NCBI RefSeq assembly: GCF_036321535.1
Contig: NC_087447.1
Span: forward strand, 48,610,001 to 48,674,000
Length of the DNA: 64,000 nt
Source of the DNA: Camelus dromedarius
Taxonomy: Eukaryota
Direction: 5' to 3'
The position numbers were made by a program, and so were the translations under genes. Shown in pieces: positions 1-12,982 of the stretch; the first letter of the stretch is position 1; every line of letters begins with the position of its first letter. The notes below the pieces were generated by a model, which saw nothing but the letters and a program-made list of their open reading frames with translations, did not search any database and was not told the DNA's origin.

Positions 1-294
1 CCAGAAATAGACTCACGGACATAGGAAATAAACTATGGTTATCAGAGGGTAGGGGAGGATAGATTAGGAGTTTGGGATTAACAGATGCACACTACTATAT
101 ATAAAATAGATAAACAACAAGGACCTACTATACAGCACAGGGAACTATATTCAATTTCTTGTAATGAGCTGTAATGGAAAAGAATCTGAAAAAATACATA
201 TGTATGTATGTATATGTATAACTGAATTGTTTTGCTGTACACCTGAAACTCGCATTGGAAACTGACTACACTTCAAAAAAGAATTTTAAAAAAA
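1..294 (+). mobile_element. L1 3' UTR and tail, lineage-type family also seen at 35.5-35.9 kb
   Basis: Directly alignable with 35570-35850 (TAGGAGTTTGGGA...ACTACTATATATAAAATAGATAAACAA...CACAGGGAACTATATTCAAT); A-rich end. Confidence 0.85.
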
Positions 295-630
295 GGCTAT
301 CTTTTCCTCATTAAATTTCCTTGGCACCTTTGTCAAAAATCAATTGACCATGAATGTGTGGGTTTATTTCTGGACTCTATTCTGTTGCACTGACCTACGT
401 GTCTCTCCTTACACCAATACCACACTGCGTTATTCCTGCAGCTCTATTATTAAATTTTGAAATCAGGTAGTGTATGTTGTCCAACTTTGTCCTTCTTTTT
501 CAAAATTGTAATGGCTGTTCTAGGTCCTTTTCTTTCCATATACATTTTGTGAACAGCTTGTTGATTTCTATAAAAATAAACCTATAATTTTGATAAAGTT
601 TGGGTTGAATCTATAGATCAATTCTGGGGA
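295..630 (-). mobile_element. Old L1 ORF2 fragment
   Basis: Typical antisense L1M text (GGCACCTTTGTCAAAAATCAATTGACC...GGGTTTATTTCTGGACTCTATTCTGTT). Confidence 0.8.
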
Positions 631-1006
631 GAGCTTTTTAATCCTCAGAAATTATTTGCTGAGTACCTGTTAGCAAAGATGGGCAGCTGAAATCATGAGG
701 AATGAAGAGTAACTGGAGGAAGGACAATTTTCACTAGGAAGTTCCTGAGTGAAGTAAGACAGAAGACTTCATGCAAGAGCACATTCTTCTCCCCACTAGC
801 AAATTTTAGAGAGAGGGATGGTGACATATGAGAAATGAGTCAGCAGCAATCAGCCTGAAACCAAGGTTTTCAGATCTACCTAGAACAAAAACCTTTATTC
901 TAAGATTAGAATGAACTTTGGGGGCTCTATAGGAGCTCTGCCTCAGAGAAATAAATAATACCCTGGTTCCCTACCCCAGGAGATTGGTCACTGACCCCAC
1001 AGTTAC

Positions 1007-1166
1007 CGTAGCATGGTCGAAGTGAGGCTCATAGTGCCCTCCGATTCCATAGTTTACCACCTGGAGGTACTCTGCGTAGGGAGGCTGGACGTCAAGGCCT
1101 GTGAGGGCAGCAATGCGATGGTCAAGGGTCACCAGCATTGGGTCAACAGTGTCCTTCAGCCAGGCA
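1007..1166 (-). CDS. P4HA3: P4HA3 exon 9 (2OG-Fe(II) dioxygenase domain with HxD motif)
   Basis: Acceptor gttttag, donor gtaact; AWLKDTVDPMLVTLDHRIAALTGLDVQPPYAEYLQVVNYGIGGHYEPHFDHAT. Confidence 0.96.
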
Positions 1167-1539
1167 CTAAAACACACCACAGATTGGAGCATCAGTGATT
1201 TGATTCCAGAAACAACTAAACATCTGTGACTGACTGAATGAATGCCAACTGCAGAAGGAAGGGAGTGGGGGAGAGAGGACAGGAGGACAGACATGAATAC
1301 CTAATACCTGCTCACTCTCATGTTAAGTTAGCCCAGTCCACTTGGTGCTCTGTCTCAACATTCACAAGTTCATTCATTCAACAAACATTCTCTGAGGACT
1401 ACTGAACTCCAGACCCTGTGCTAGGTGCTGTGAAGAATGAAGGGTCACATCACCAGGCACTGGGAAACAAAGAGAAGTAAGACAAAAAAAATCTGTCTTT
1501 AAAAACGCTGTTTTAGAGACATCTCAACAGAGGAAGCTG

Positions 1540-1740
1540 GGTGCAACTGGAAAAGATTCAGAGTAGTAAGACCAGTCCCGGATCCTCTAGGGGACCCTAT
1601 ATCAGGCACTTAACCTTTAGCATCTCTAAGGTTCAGTGTATTCATCTATAAAATGGGGGTGATAATAATATCTACTACACAGATTTATGAAGATCATGAC
1701 AGTCAATGCTTACAAAGATGCTTTGGAAGCTGTATGTTAG
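1540..1740 (+). mobile_element. MIR SINE (representative; others near 14.4-14.6, 20.8-21.0, 24.2-24.7, 33.0-33.2, 52.1-52.3 kb)
   Basis: Core-like TCATCTATAAAATGGGGGTGATAATA...AAAGATGCTTTG. Confidence 0.7.
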
Positions 1741-3572
1741 TGATTGCTGTAAAAGACAGAAAAATCTCTGCTCTTCTGCTCTACTCCAAGACAAACCAGG
1801 ATAGGTCAAAGGCCAAGAAGCAAAGTTCAGTCTCCTTTCCTGAACGTCTTGTTGAGGTTCTGACAAAGTGGAGGATTTGGGATCAGAATGTAGGTCCTTG
1901 GGAAGTGAGGAAGTGCTCCCCAACCGCAGCCAATGAGCCTCTGGGGGAGATGATGAGGGCTCTGAGGGGAAGTGCTTTGGCATGTCTGGGAAGACCACTT
2001 CTTTGGTCTAAAAGTGATGGATCAATTTGTTCATTCTTTGGTATAGAGTGCGTACACAGTGCTATGCTATGGGCTCCTAGGTTTACAAAGATACCCAAGA
2101 CGAAGCTATTGTGCTCAAAGGGCTCATGAGAAAAGACACACAAATATGCACAAATATAACTGAGTACAGATCAAGGTCGAGTGAAATATGAGGACCAGTC
2201 TTTAAAGCAAAGTGCTGGGGAGCACGAAGGAAGGAGACATTAATTCTGACTGGGCCACTGAGGTAAGATGGACATACAGGCCAAGTTTTGAAGGGTGCAT
2301 ATCACTTCAGTAGATGGGAAAGGCATAGGGATATTCCAGGCTGAAGAAAGAGCATAAGCGCAGACGTGGAAGGGTGACAATATGTAGTGTGTACCAATAC
2401 AAAAGCATCTGGTCTATGAGAGAAGCAATGGGAAATACGGCTAGAAAGGTGGGCTCAGGGCATGTCGTAGACAGCTGAGGACACTGTGGTCAGGAAGCTG
2501 GTCTTTGTGGATAACAAATAGTCAGTGAAGGTTCGTGGACAGGAAAATGACTTGGTGATTAGGAGTTTACTGTGACCTTTGAGGGACCAGTTCCAATGAA
2601 GCTGTGAGGACAGAACCAAAATTCAAAGGGGTGCAATGGGATGGGAGGGGAGTCAGAGGAGGCAGTGAAGGTGTCAGTTTCTTTACCTGGAAAGGAAAGA
2701 GAATACCACCTATTCCTGCAAAAGCAATGAATCTAAATAAAAGGTTAATTTTTCTGTGACACTACAATGTCCGAAAGGTTAGAAGAGCAATGAAGCTGAA
2801 GTTATACAGACCTTTCAAAACTTAGAAAATAAATCCTAATGTAAAAGGTCCCAAAATGTATCAGACTAAACGAGTTAAGCCAAATGATTCTGAATCAAAG
2901 CTTTCGTCACTCACCTCACTTCCCAGACAACAAAACCATCCACCCAGCCTGAGGTCTGGCCTCTCCCCAAGGATGTCGTCAGTATCTCCCACAGCTCCAG
3001 TGGGGACCCTCCTCTTACTGTTTCATCCGTCCTGTCATTATAGCACTAACCAAGGGCTGCAGTGGGGGTGAGTGGGGGGGGGAGGGGCGGGAATATGGCT
3101 GGGCTCTCACAGCTGACTCTGCCCCTCTAGAGAAGGCGTCAGGTCCAGAGATTCTGGCCATCTGTCTTGCCTGAACAGTGGCAAGCTGTGCTTTGAATGA
3201 GTCAGGAGGTGGGGCTGGAATCTTGTAAAGTTGAAATCCAAATGGAGACAGGACTTTTTCTCTGGAAAAGCAATCCTGGTTGGGAGATGAACTACACACT
3301 TATTTTTCAGTCTGGGGCATAGGAGCTTCTTCAAGTCTTTCCTTAGTGGCCTCAGACCATGTAACAACCTGTGAAAGGCCCTTGGGTGAAGGAAGTGGAA
3401 ACTGCTCCCTCTCAACAGTAATGTACAGATAGAAAAGTGAACAACTGGTTCTCCAGTGGCATCTTTGACGGCACCTGAGTGACTGTTGCGGACCTTCAGT
3501 CACCGGTGCCACAGGCCCAAGGGCGGCCAGCAGGTATAACCCGATTCCCTGCCAAAAAAGGACCCCTTGTAC

Positions 3573-3637
3573 CTTTTGCTGATGCGGTACTCCACCGGTA
3601 ACTGCTTTTCACCTGATGCCACCACGGATCTCTGTAG
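3573..3637 (-). CDS. P4HA3: P4HA3 exon 8 (65 nt)
   Basis: Acceptor ataccag, donor gtacaa; LQRSVVASGEKQLPVEYRISK. Confidence 0.94.
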
Positions 3638-4206
3638 CTGGTATGAAGGATGTAAGACAAAGTCCATGTGGTTAATATGATGCAGAAGGAAGGGCTCTCA
3701 TTTCCACAAACAAGCCCCTCTCTTAGCCTAAACTTCAGTCACTCATTCTTCCCTAATTAAAGGATATTTTGCACATGCTACTAATTTAGTGATAGCTAGC
3801 AACCTTGAAAATTTAAAAAGTGACCAAAAGCTCAGAGTTGAAAATAATCTTTAGCTTCATATCTGGTAGATAGTAAGCACTCAAAAAACTCTGGAACTGA
3901 AAGAAAAGTGATTTTGAATCATTTTTGCATCTGCAAGATTGTGAGCTCTGTAAGAACAAGGGCTGTTTCTCATTTATCTTTATATCCCGGTGTCTGGAGT
4001 AGGGCCTGACTGATGGTAAGCACTTAGTGTTTGTCACATTAAATGAACACCACCGATGACAGGACACTCTCTACCCTCAGAGGCAGCCTGCTCCTTCTGA
4101 GCAGTTCCAATAAAAGCTCTTCCTTACAAAGAATCAAAATCTGTTTTGCTTGCAGCCACCTTGGTTATGGGGGAAAAAACAAACAGGTTGGAAGTCACTA
4201 ATTTAA

Positions 4207-4256
4207 CTGAATGTCTCTATTTTGTTCTAAATGTCTCTATTTTGTTCTGAATGTCT
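4207..4256. repeat. 20-bp tandem repeat, 2.5 copies
   Basis: CT(G/A)AATGTCTCTATTTTGTT units. Confidence 0.92.
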
Positions 4257-6959
4257 GGATATAAATTTTAAATTATTTTTTAAATAAAATGGCTTCTAAT
4301 TGCAAAAGCACTGTACCAGGGACAGAAAGAGAAATATGATTTATTTATATAAGTCATAATCTGCATCTGTCATCAAAATGTCAGCTCCATGAGGGCAAGG
4401 ACTTGGTCCTTTTTCAGTGCTGCATCCCAGGGTGCAGGGAGTAGGTGCTCAGGATTGGTGAAATGAACCCAGGAGTGAATGAACCAGAGTCCTGTGCCTC
4501 AAGACACAGCCCTGGCACTTCCTACATAGTCAGAGCAGAGCACAGTCAACGAAGGGCATGTGACAGAAACCCCTTCCCTTCTCAGAAGTTTCTACGGTAT
4601 TATTGTTCCTGCTGCTGAACCAGGTAAACAACCTCGGGAAAGGCTCTTCCCTCCTTGGGCCCGTTTCCCCAGCTATAAAATGCAGCATGTGAACAACATG
4701 TCCTTGGAGCTCCTCGCGGCCTCTCCCTCCGTAACACTAGGATGCAGGAAGTCGGCAGGTGACTGATGTTGCCTCTACCCAGTCCTTTGCCAGTTGTTCC
4801 AGTGTCCTCTCCCAGGCCACTCAAAGAGGAGAGAGGGGGGATTCATAAAGAGATAGTCCCTTCTGTTCATTTACAACGTCATTGGTTTCAAAACAAATCC
4901 TAGGGAATCTCTGCTCCACTCCTCTCCCCTTTAAGGAGACAAGTACTTAATTCCTTTAACAAGTATGTTCTGCGCACCTAAAAGTCACTCATCTGGGGGG
5001 ACAAGTACCTGTTGGTTGTTCTCTGTGCTCAGCACCGTGCTAGGCATTGGAAATACAACACATGAAACCAGACATAAGTCATCTAATGGGGCCTTAATGG
5101 GCAGGTACAGGGTGCTATGAAAATACAGAGAAGCATCGAGCCCATTCTTATGAAGGACAGAAAGGCTTCCCAAGATGCCCAAAAGGCAACTGGACTCATA
5201 CGGGTGAAAAGAGGCCGAGGGAAGAGGATTTCAGACAGAGAGAAGAGTGTGCAGGGAGGCTGGTGAGCACTACCCATTCACGGAGATGCAGATTGTTCAG
5301 TGTATCTGGGGTGTCAGTGTAGGGGGGGACATGCTGCATAGCGGGTGGCAGCAGCCAGGCCAAGGGGCTTTGTAATCATTTGAGAGCAAAAGTGACCCAT
5401 TAAAGAGTTTATGCAAGGGTTTGATTCGGTCAGATATGACCCTTTGCAGATTACTCTGGCTGCAATGGCCAGGCATTTCCAGGACAACATGGGATCCCTG
5501 CTAGTTTACTGTCTAGTTAGGGGGACAGGATGCTAAGCTATGAAACTATTAGTGATACCAGACAACATGTAAATGGCAGAATAAATGAAAGTACCAGACA
5601 ACTCAAGACAAAAGCCTGGAGTTCAGAGGAGGTAGAGGTTATTATATGTGGCTCCAAAAAAGGGCTCTGAAAAAATGTTTCTACTGAAAGAACCTATGAA
5701 GTGGGCCAGAGCGGTCAGGGCTGGGGGGCCAAGGGAGGTGTGGGGTTTCAACTGAGTCTTCAGGGACAGGTAGGATGTGGATGGGGGAGGAGTGATGAGA
5801 GAGTCTTCTTTGAGAAACGGGTAGTGAAAAGGAGTGGAGAAATTCAACACAGGCCCCTGAGGTGGCTCAGTTCCCATGGGGCAGCGGCCACCACACACAC
5901 CCAGGGCTTACTCCTGGGTGAGTCATAGACCAGACTCCAGTGAGCCACTTCTGAGCGAGGGGAGTGTGGCAAGGCCTGTGCATGCCAAACAGATGACTGG
6001 CGCGGGGGATTAAATGAACATCTCTGGGTGGGCCGCCTGTCCCATTACACAGCAACAGAGTTGTTCTGGGGAAAAAGTAGCTGCTGGCCAAACACTGCCG
6101 CCGCCTCAGTGAGAAGCCAAAGCTATTGAGAATACTTGGTTCCAATTCACCAGTGGAGCATAATCACGTCAAAAACCTTCCATACAAAGATTCCAGATTT
6201 CTCTGAAGGACTTTTAGAGGAAATGATTATTGCTACCCTTCTCCCTCCAATCCACATCTGCTGTCAGAGTCTTCCTCAAAATCTGCAGACCTGAACAGGA
6301 CATTCTGTTTCAAGCCATCCCACTGCTCTCCCCTGCCTTTGGAATAAAATCCAAACTCCCCGGCACGGTACTTCCGGCACTTCTAATTGTGTCTCCCCTC
6401 GCAGCCTCATCTCCCATTCCTTGGACACCCCATTCCTTGCACACTTCAGCCACCGAGCTTCCCCCCAGCTCTCTGAACACACCGCACATCAGGCTGGTGC
6501 ACAGACTGTCTTCCTGGAATACCCTTTGCCACATTTCACTATGATGAATCTCACGTCCACGGGGACGCCGTCTCTTTTTTCCTCTCCCCCAACCCAGCCC
6601 CCATCTGCTCTTCACCCAACTCCCTGTCCCTCTTTTATGTTGCTTTTTTACACTGCTGTAGCACAGCTCCCTCGCACACCTCTCTTACCGCACATGTCAC
6701 AGTGTGTTATAAACGCCTGTTTCTCCCTGTTACGCAATAAGCTCGTAAAGGGGAGGGAGCAATACTTTATCTCTTCGTGTATCCAGCGCCCAGTACAGCA
6801 TCTGGCACACAGCAGACTGTTCTGCTGTCAGCAACGGACTAACTGCAGGGTGAAGGCACACCATGAGGAGCCAGATGTCTGCTTTGACACAGAAGTTCCG
6901 AGACGGTCCTAATGTGCCATCTGTAAAAAGGTAACACGCAGCAGTGGTGATGCTGACTG

Positions 6960-7408
6960 TGTGACTCTTCTAAATATTTGCCACACTTCCTGGAGGAGGA
7001 CTCAGCTTCCCCTCCTCGTCAACATCAAGTGTGGCGCAGTGACTTGCAGAGCCTTTCCTGTCGGAGAATTAGACATACTCTCCCTGCTGACTTCAGTGTT
7101 GGCTGCACACTCTGCCTTAACCAGTGAATGTGGCTGGGAAGTAACATCTGGCCCTTCCGAGCAGGAGCTTTAAGAGCCAGCTAATAGTCTGCCATCTCTG
7201 CCTTTTCCCTCTACCATGAGGTGGGCCATGTTCCAAACAGAGGCTGCTCTGTTGGGCTGGGTCCCAGAGTGAAGCCGGTGTGGGGTGAAGCTGTCACCAG
7301 CCCCAGTGAGACATGCAACGTGAGTATAAAGCCGACCTCTACTGCTGTTGTCCATCCTGAGACTTGAGGGCTGCTTGTTACCAACTTAACCTAAGTCAGC
7401 TGATCAAT
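6960..7408 (+). mobile_element. Old MLT1 (I/J-like) LTR
   Basis: GGAAGTAACATCTGGCCCTTCC...TTTAAGAGCCAG...CTGAGACTTGAGGGCTGCTTGTTAC, as in MLT1 LTRs. Confidence 0.6.
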
Positions 7409-7996
7409 GAAAGCAGAATAGCAGAGCAGCCGTCGACAGACCTCTAAGTTCTAGTTGTGGCTCTAGCAAAATATGTGATCTTAATCAAGTCCCTTCCCCT
7501 CTCTGGACCTCACATTCCTTTAATAAAATAATAAAGTTAAACTAGATAATCTTTCCACTCTGTAATTCTGTACTAGGATATCACCCCTTGCCCCTGGCAT
7601 TTCACCCCCCTTTTTTCTTCTACCACTTATATGGAATGATTGATATTGGGGGGTTCCTTTTAATTTGGGGGGGTTTAAATTTAAATGCAATGATATGCAC
7701 AGATTTTAAGAGTACCATTTGCAGAGTTTTGACCAATGCATACAGCCATGCATGCCACATCCCTAACAAACCACTGAGAGCACATCTGTAACCTTTCCCA
7801 GCCCATCCTCCCCCTCCAGACACAACCATTACTGTGATTTTTTTTCACCACTGATTAGTTTTATGGAATGGTTGGTATTTTGAACTCTTGAACTGACAAA
7901 GTATCCAGTTGTTCAGGCTGCCTGTTCTCACACTTCTGAACACCAGGCATGTGAAGACACAAAGGGAAGTCCTTGGCAGGCTCTGCGGACACTCAC

Positions 7997-8173
7997 CCAC
8001 GGTTCTGCAAGCCCTCTAATCTTCTGCGCCTCAGCATCACTGACAAAATCATGGTAGAGGACAACGTAGGGCTCCAGGTGAATGACCTCCTTCCGGATGG
8101 GCTGGAGCAGCAGGTAGGGACTGGAACTGGTCTCATAGGAGCAGTAGAGGCTAGGGATCTGGTAGTGAGTGGG
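7997..8173 (-). CDS. P4HA3: P4HA3 exon 7
   Basis: Acceptor cttctag, donor gtgagt; PTHYQIPSLYCSYETSSSPYLLLQPIRKEVIHLEPYVVLYHDFVSDAEAQKIRGLAEPW. Confidence 0.95.
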
Positions 8174-8423
8174 CTAGAAGGAAAGACTAGAATCAGCTTA
8201 AGAGAAGACGGGTCTAGGAAAAGAAACCAACTTAGGAGAACTGCAGCATAAAAAACCTGGAATGCAGGAGATTCAGAACTTAATCACTGATGCTGTCCAA
8301 GTGAGGTTTTTTGTTTGTTTTTTTATTTAATGCATCAGCCTTCCCCCTCACTTTGGCCCAATTCTACCTTTCCTCCCTCTATCTGAGCCTGGGTCCCCTT
8401 TTTCTTTCCCTGAGAAATCCTAC

Positions 8424-8587
8424 CTGCGAACCCAGGGTCTGACATAACCCCTCATAGGTGTCTCTAGTCTGCAGGTGGGGCACGTTGGGCCTCTGGATGA
8501 CAGCCTCAGCTACTGCTGGGTTGGGGCCCTCTGCCAAGAGCTTTTCATATTTCAAGACATTCCTGGCCATCCTCTTATTATCTGGGC
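8424..8587 (-). CDS. P4HA3: P4HA3 exon 6
   Basis: Acceptor cttccag, donor gtagga; PDNKRMARNVLKYEKLLAEGPNPAVAEAVIQRPNVPHLQTRDTYEGLCQTLGSQ. Confidence 0.95.
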
Positions 8588-10509
8588 CTGGAAGAAATCA
8601 GAGCAGGGAATAATAAAGATTAACAAACAGTGGTCCCCGGGAGAGCTGCCAAGGTTTCCACAGCTTCACTGTCCCACACGACCAGTAACTGGACACCAGA
8701 GTGACTCCATGTGTCCATGACCAGGAGGCTGTAAGGCCCTCACTCCTAGAAGAGTACCTGGTATTAAAAAAGACTAAGCAGGGCCCGGTAGATCTGAAGG
8801 TACAAAGGACTTTGGAAAGGAATTGGTACTTAACACTTTTAGACAAAGGGATCATGAGGATGCAGCTGAAGGATAGTGGGATGGTCAGTTTTATGTGTAG
8901 GGAAGAAGCTTCATTCATTCATTCATTCATTCACCCATTCATTCAATAAATCTCGTGAATGTCTACTATCACCAGACACTGTGCTAGAGGCTAACCTCCC
9001 AGAGTTTAGAGTCTAATGGAGAAAAGACACATTAACTAATTACTTACAACAAAACACAACAAGGAAGTACTATGAAAGAGAAGCCCAGAGAGCCAAAACC
9101 TAGAGCAGAGAGACCTGATCTATTCTTCCCTGGAGAAATGGAAGCTAATTCATTTGCAACTCAGTCCCTAACTGGCCTAGACGCAGCACAGCAGCATGGG
9201 ACAAAGGGGCTCTAGACTTCGGTGCTAGCCTGGCTTCCCATGGGAGTCTTGTGTCTTGTTTGTGCCAACCTGTCTGTGCCCTCTTTGGGTGGAGATGCCC
9301 CGTGGGTCAGCAGCTACCCATGGCCTGCTAGCCTATGTGCATGGTTCTCAGTGCATTTCAGAAGGAAATGCTGAATTGTTATAATGCTCACAAAGCAGCT
9401 CTCTCTGAGGAGCTCAGTGTGCTTTCAACCACCATCACTACCACCACCACCACTCTGGCAAAGGAGGGGACAGAAATCACCACCCTTTTTTAACTAGAAG
9501 AGAAATGAAGTTTTGGGGAATGAAACCATGAGCCCAAAACACCAATGAAAACATTGCAAAGCCATTAATGGAGTCAGGAACTTTAATTTGCTGTGTCCTA
9601 CCTGTCCACCTATAATAGTGCACAATTTGGGTTCTCTGTGAGAAGCAGAGATTTTAATAGATCAACTACAAAGAAATAAAGGGATTATCAATATATCTGT
9701 ACCACTAACTGTCCACATTTCCAGACCATACAGCTACTTCCTTAACCTATGGTTTGCCAAATTATTGGAAAGGAGTAACATAACTAAGTGGATTCATTAA
9801 AAAGCAATAAATACAATTGTAAAGTCCTACATGAAATACTTTATAAATATTAAAACATAATAGTGATTATGTATCTTACTTAGTATCTGTCTGGAAGCCA
9901 TCTACCACCGATATTTCAAGCAAAAATATCCAAGTAGAGCTAAGCTAGCAAGTCTTCCTCCTGTTTAACTCTGCTGAGGCGCTGCCTGAAGAGGGCTGGA
10001 GCCGAACTCTGTGGCCAACTGGGCAGGATGCCTGCATAGCACAGCAAGCTCCGGTTTAAAGAGAAGAATCCTATCTCTCTGTAAGAGCCAAAGTGAATAA
10101 CCCTGCTGAGCCGCTTTCCTTCTTGAACACACAGCTCTCACTGACTGCACTTGTTCCCAGGTTTGTGCCCAAAACCTGGGTCTTCAAATGTCCCTGAAGA
10201 AACTGGCTCCCAATCCAGGACTTGTTCCCCATGAAGCAACACTTAACATATACAACTGGTTGGGGGTGGAGGAGGAAAGGGACAGGTCGATAGCTTTCTC
10301 TTAGCATTAGAACTAACTTTAAAACTAACCCCCAGCTCCCAATGCATTGGTCAGTAAGTAAGTAAGATTTAATCAAAAATTAGAAATGTGCCTTGGATTA
10401 TGAGATGAGAAAAATAAAAATAGCTGTATTTCACTTGCAGGGATTAAAGGCCAGGAGTTGGAGGGATTTCCCGTAAATCAGACCTTGGTTATCTTTTTTC
10501 ATTACGTAC

Positions 10510-10561
10510 TGTAGAGAAGAAACTCTCGGGAGAGGCTGAGGGCACACGAAACATTTCCTGC
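10510..10561 (-). CDS. P4HA3: P4HA3 exon 5 (52 nt)
   Basis: Long polypyrimidine tract ending atag, donor gtacgt; AGNVSCALSLSREFLLY; phases match exons 4 and 6. Confidence 0.93.
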
Positions 10562-11469
10562 CTATATAAAAAAAAAAATAAAGAAAAGGAAAAGAAAGCG
10601 TTAACTGCACTGAGGATATCTCCTCTGACCAACCATTAAATGGACTTGTTTTTAAAACTATAAAATACTCTTACCAAGAGTAGATAGTAAGACTCATTGA
10701 GATGACCTGCAGACTAAAATGCAGAGGTTCTGTCCTAATTCAGGATTTGCAGCCTTGATGCAAATCAGGTCTCCTCAGTTTCCTCATTTACAAATGACTT
10801 ATTACTACCCTTACCAGGGAAGGGAAAAATATAAATGACAATAAACTTTCTTAAAATGCCCTCCAATCTGAAAGCATGCAAAACCACCTAACTGCAGGGT
10901 GTTATTATTTTGGTATATTTTATTATTAAAAGCAATGGAAATATAAAACCCTACTAAAAGTATAATTTGTTCTCCAGGCTCAGTACTTCTGAGAGTCCAC
11001 AAAGTTAGTGGGAGGGAAGCAAAGGAAGAACTAACCCTTTTCAGGTTTCCACTGCATAATGATGACTCTCCCTGCCACCAGCCAACCTTGGGCTACACAT
11101 GGTCGAAAGTAAACAGGCGCTTTCCAGACAAACCTGGGGCACAGAACCCACCATGAGTGGGCTCTGATCCTGCTCTGGGTGCCATGAAATGGTGAAGAGT
11201 TGTGAAGCTGTAATTCTTTCTGATCGTTTTAATTTTGCTTGTTAAAAATTTCATTTTTAATGAGAAAAGCAATAACAAGCACACTGAGAAACAGGAGGGG
11301 GGAATGCTCCGCTGAAACCCAGGCACTTAAGCACTTTGGGTAACATACAGTGTTTACATAATTACATTCCTATTTCTCATACATTTTCATATCCTGATTG
11401 TTTCACTTTACAGGAGTACTCTACAGGAGTACTTTTTATATTTTTACATAGTTTTCAGAGATAGTATTC

Positions 11470-11960
11470 TTTAATTATAATTTTTAACTGTGGTTAAAAA
11501 AACATAAATTTACCATCTTAACCACTTCTAAGTGTACAGTTCAGTAGTAGTATATATATTCACATTGTTGTCTAACTAATCTCCAGACTTTTTTCATCTT
11601 GCAGAACTGAAACTCTGTACTCATTCAACAACAGCTCCCAATTTCCCCCTCCCCTCAACCCCTGGTGACCACAACTTTACTTCTAACTTTATAAATTTGA
11701 CTATCCTAGATACCTCATATAAATGGAATCAAATAGTATTTGCCTTTTTGTAACTGGCTTATTTCTCTTAGCATAATGTCTCCATAAGGTTCATCTACAC
11801 TGTAGCATGTGTTCAAATTGCCTTCTTTTTAAAGACTGAATAGTAGTCCATTGTATGTGTACACCACATTTTGCTTATCTATTCATCCATTAACGGATAC
11901 TTGGGTTGCTTCCATCTACTGGCTGCTGTGAATAGTGCTGCTGTGAAAGTGGGTGTGCAA
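11470..11960 (-). mobile_element. L1MA/MB-type 3' end
   Basis: AAATTTACCATCTTAACCA...GATACCTCATATAAATGGAATC...CCACATTTTGCTTATCTATTCATCC. Confidence 0.85.
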
Positions 11961-12468
11961 GAGAGACAGCATTTTTAATGGCTGCATTTTATTCCATCTA
12001 GAAGCTACAGCACAGATGATCTAGCCATTCTGCTATTATTGGACATATAGATTGTTTCTAATTATTTAACATCATGAATTATTCTGTTCTATACTTAAAA
12101 GAGGGATAGTTAAGTAATCTAGTAATATCTTATGATGTCAGATATTAACTCAGGATTGTAGGTTTTCAAACCCTTTTGAGATGAAGAGAACTAAAACACA
12201 ATTTTATGTATTTTTAAAATTCAAGGGGTTTATCAAGAGATAAAATTATATTTCTCAAGAACAAATTTAGAGCTACTTTTGATGTCCCACTTAAGTTTCT
12301 CTGGAAAGGTGTACTCTAAGCAATGTTAAATGAAAAAGGAGAACACACACTTGTGTATAATATAAAAACAGCTTACATTTCTCAAGTGCGTATGTGTCAT
12401 GAATTGTGTTAAGGGTTTTTCATGTATTAGCTCATTTAATCCTTACAACAATACTTTGAGATGAGCAT

Positions 12469-12982
12469 TGAAGACTAGCAGAATATGCGACCCCAAAATA
12501 TGCCTCTTTGGCATAAAGATTATTTTGAGCTAATTATTTTGAGAAATAGCAGGCACAGAAGTTTTTAAAACCAGAGTACAAGTTACACTTTGCAAGGGAA
12601 ATTTACATTTATAAAGGAAATGTTGATTTGTAAGGGTGTCGTCTTCTGCATACCTGGAAAAGAAGATGACTCTAAATCACAGGAGAATCTCATCCATGGA
12701 GAAGGCACCACTTAAATCTGCACAACAACCTTACTCTTGTTTGCTTTGTCTGGTCACCTTTCTTTCTTTTGCCTTTAGCTGGAGATAGTATTTAAGGTGG
12801 AGACTTAGATTCCCTCAGAGAGTTACTCATCCCCCACCCCCGGTATCTCCTGTGTATGCAGGAGGTACACATATTAGGAAACTTATGTTGATTTTTCCTC
12901 CAGTTAATCTGTCTTGTATTACAGGGAGATTTCAGCCAAGAACTCAGCAGGTTAGAGGGAAAATTATTTCCTCACTCCTACA
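12469..12982 (+). mobile_element. Solo LTR, MER34-like (ERV1), inserted into a MIR
   Basis: TG...CA termini, 4-bp target duplication GCAT (12465-12468, 12983-12986), AGAATATGCGACCCCAAAATATGCC start motif; MIR halves on both sides. Confidence 0.82.

Noticed and set aside
971..1006. Read-through of exon 9 into the intron as an alternative C-terminus
   Set aside because: ORF-caller extension past a good GTAACT donor; no evidence of use.
1653..2129. 158-aa ATG ORF antisense in P4HA3 intron 8
   Set aside because: Starts in a MIR core and ends in L2-like sequence; no recognisable domain.
6230..6912. Overlapping 101-163 aa ORFs
   Set aside because: Fall within a decayed L2; no protein-like features.
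9175..9460. Possible very old SINE (LF-SINE-like) remnant
   Set aside because: Only scattered short similarities to a recalled consensus; needs a Dfam HMM search.
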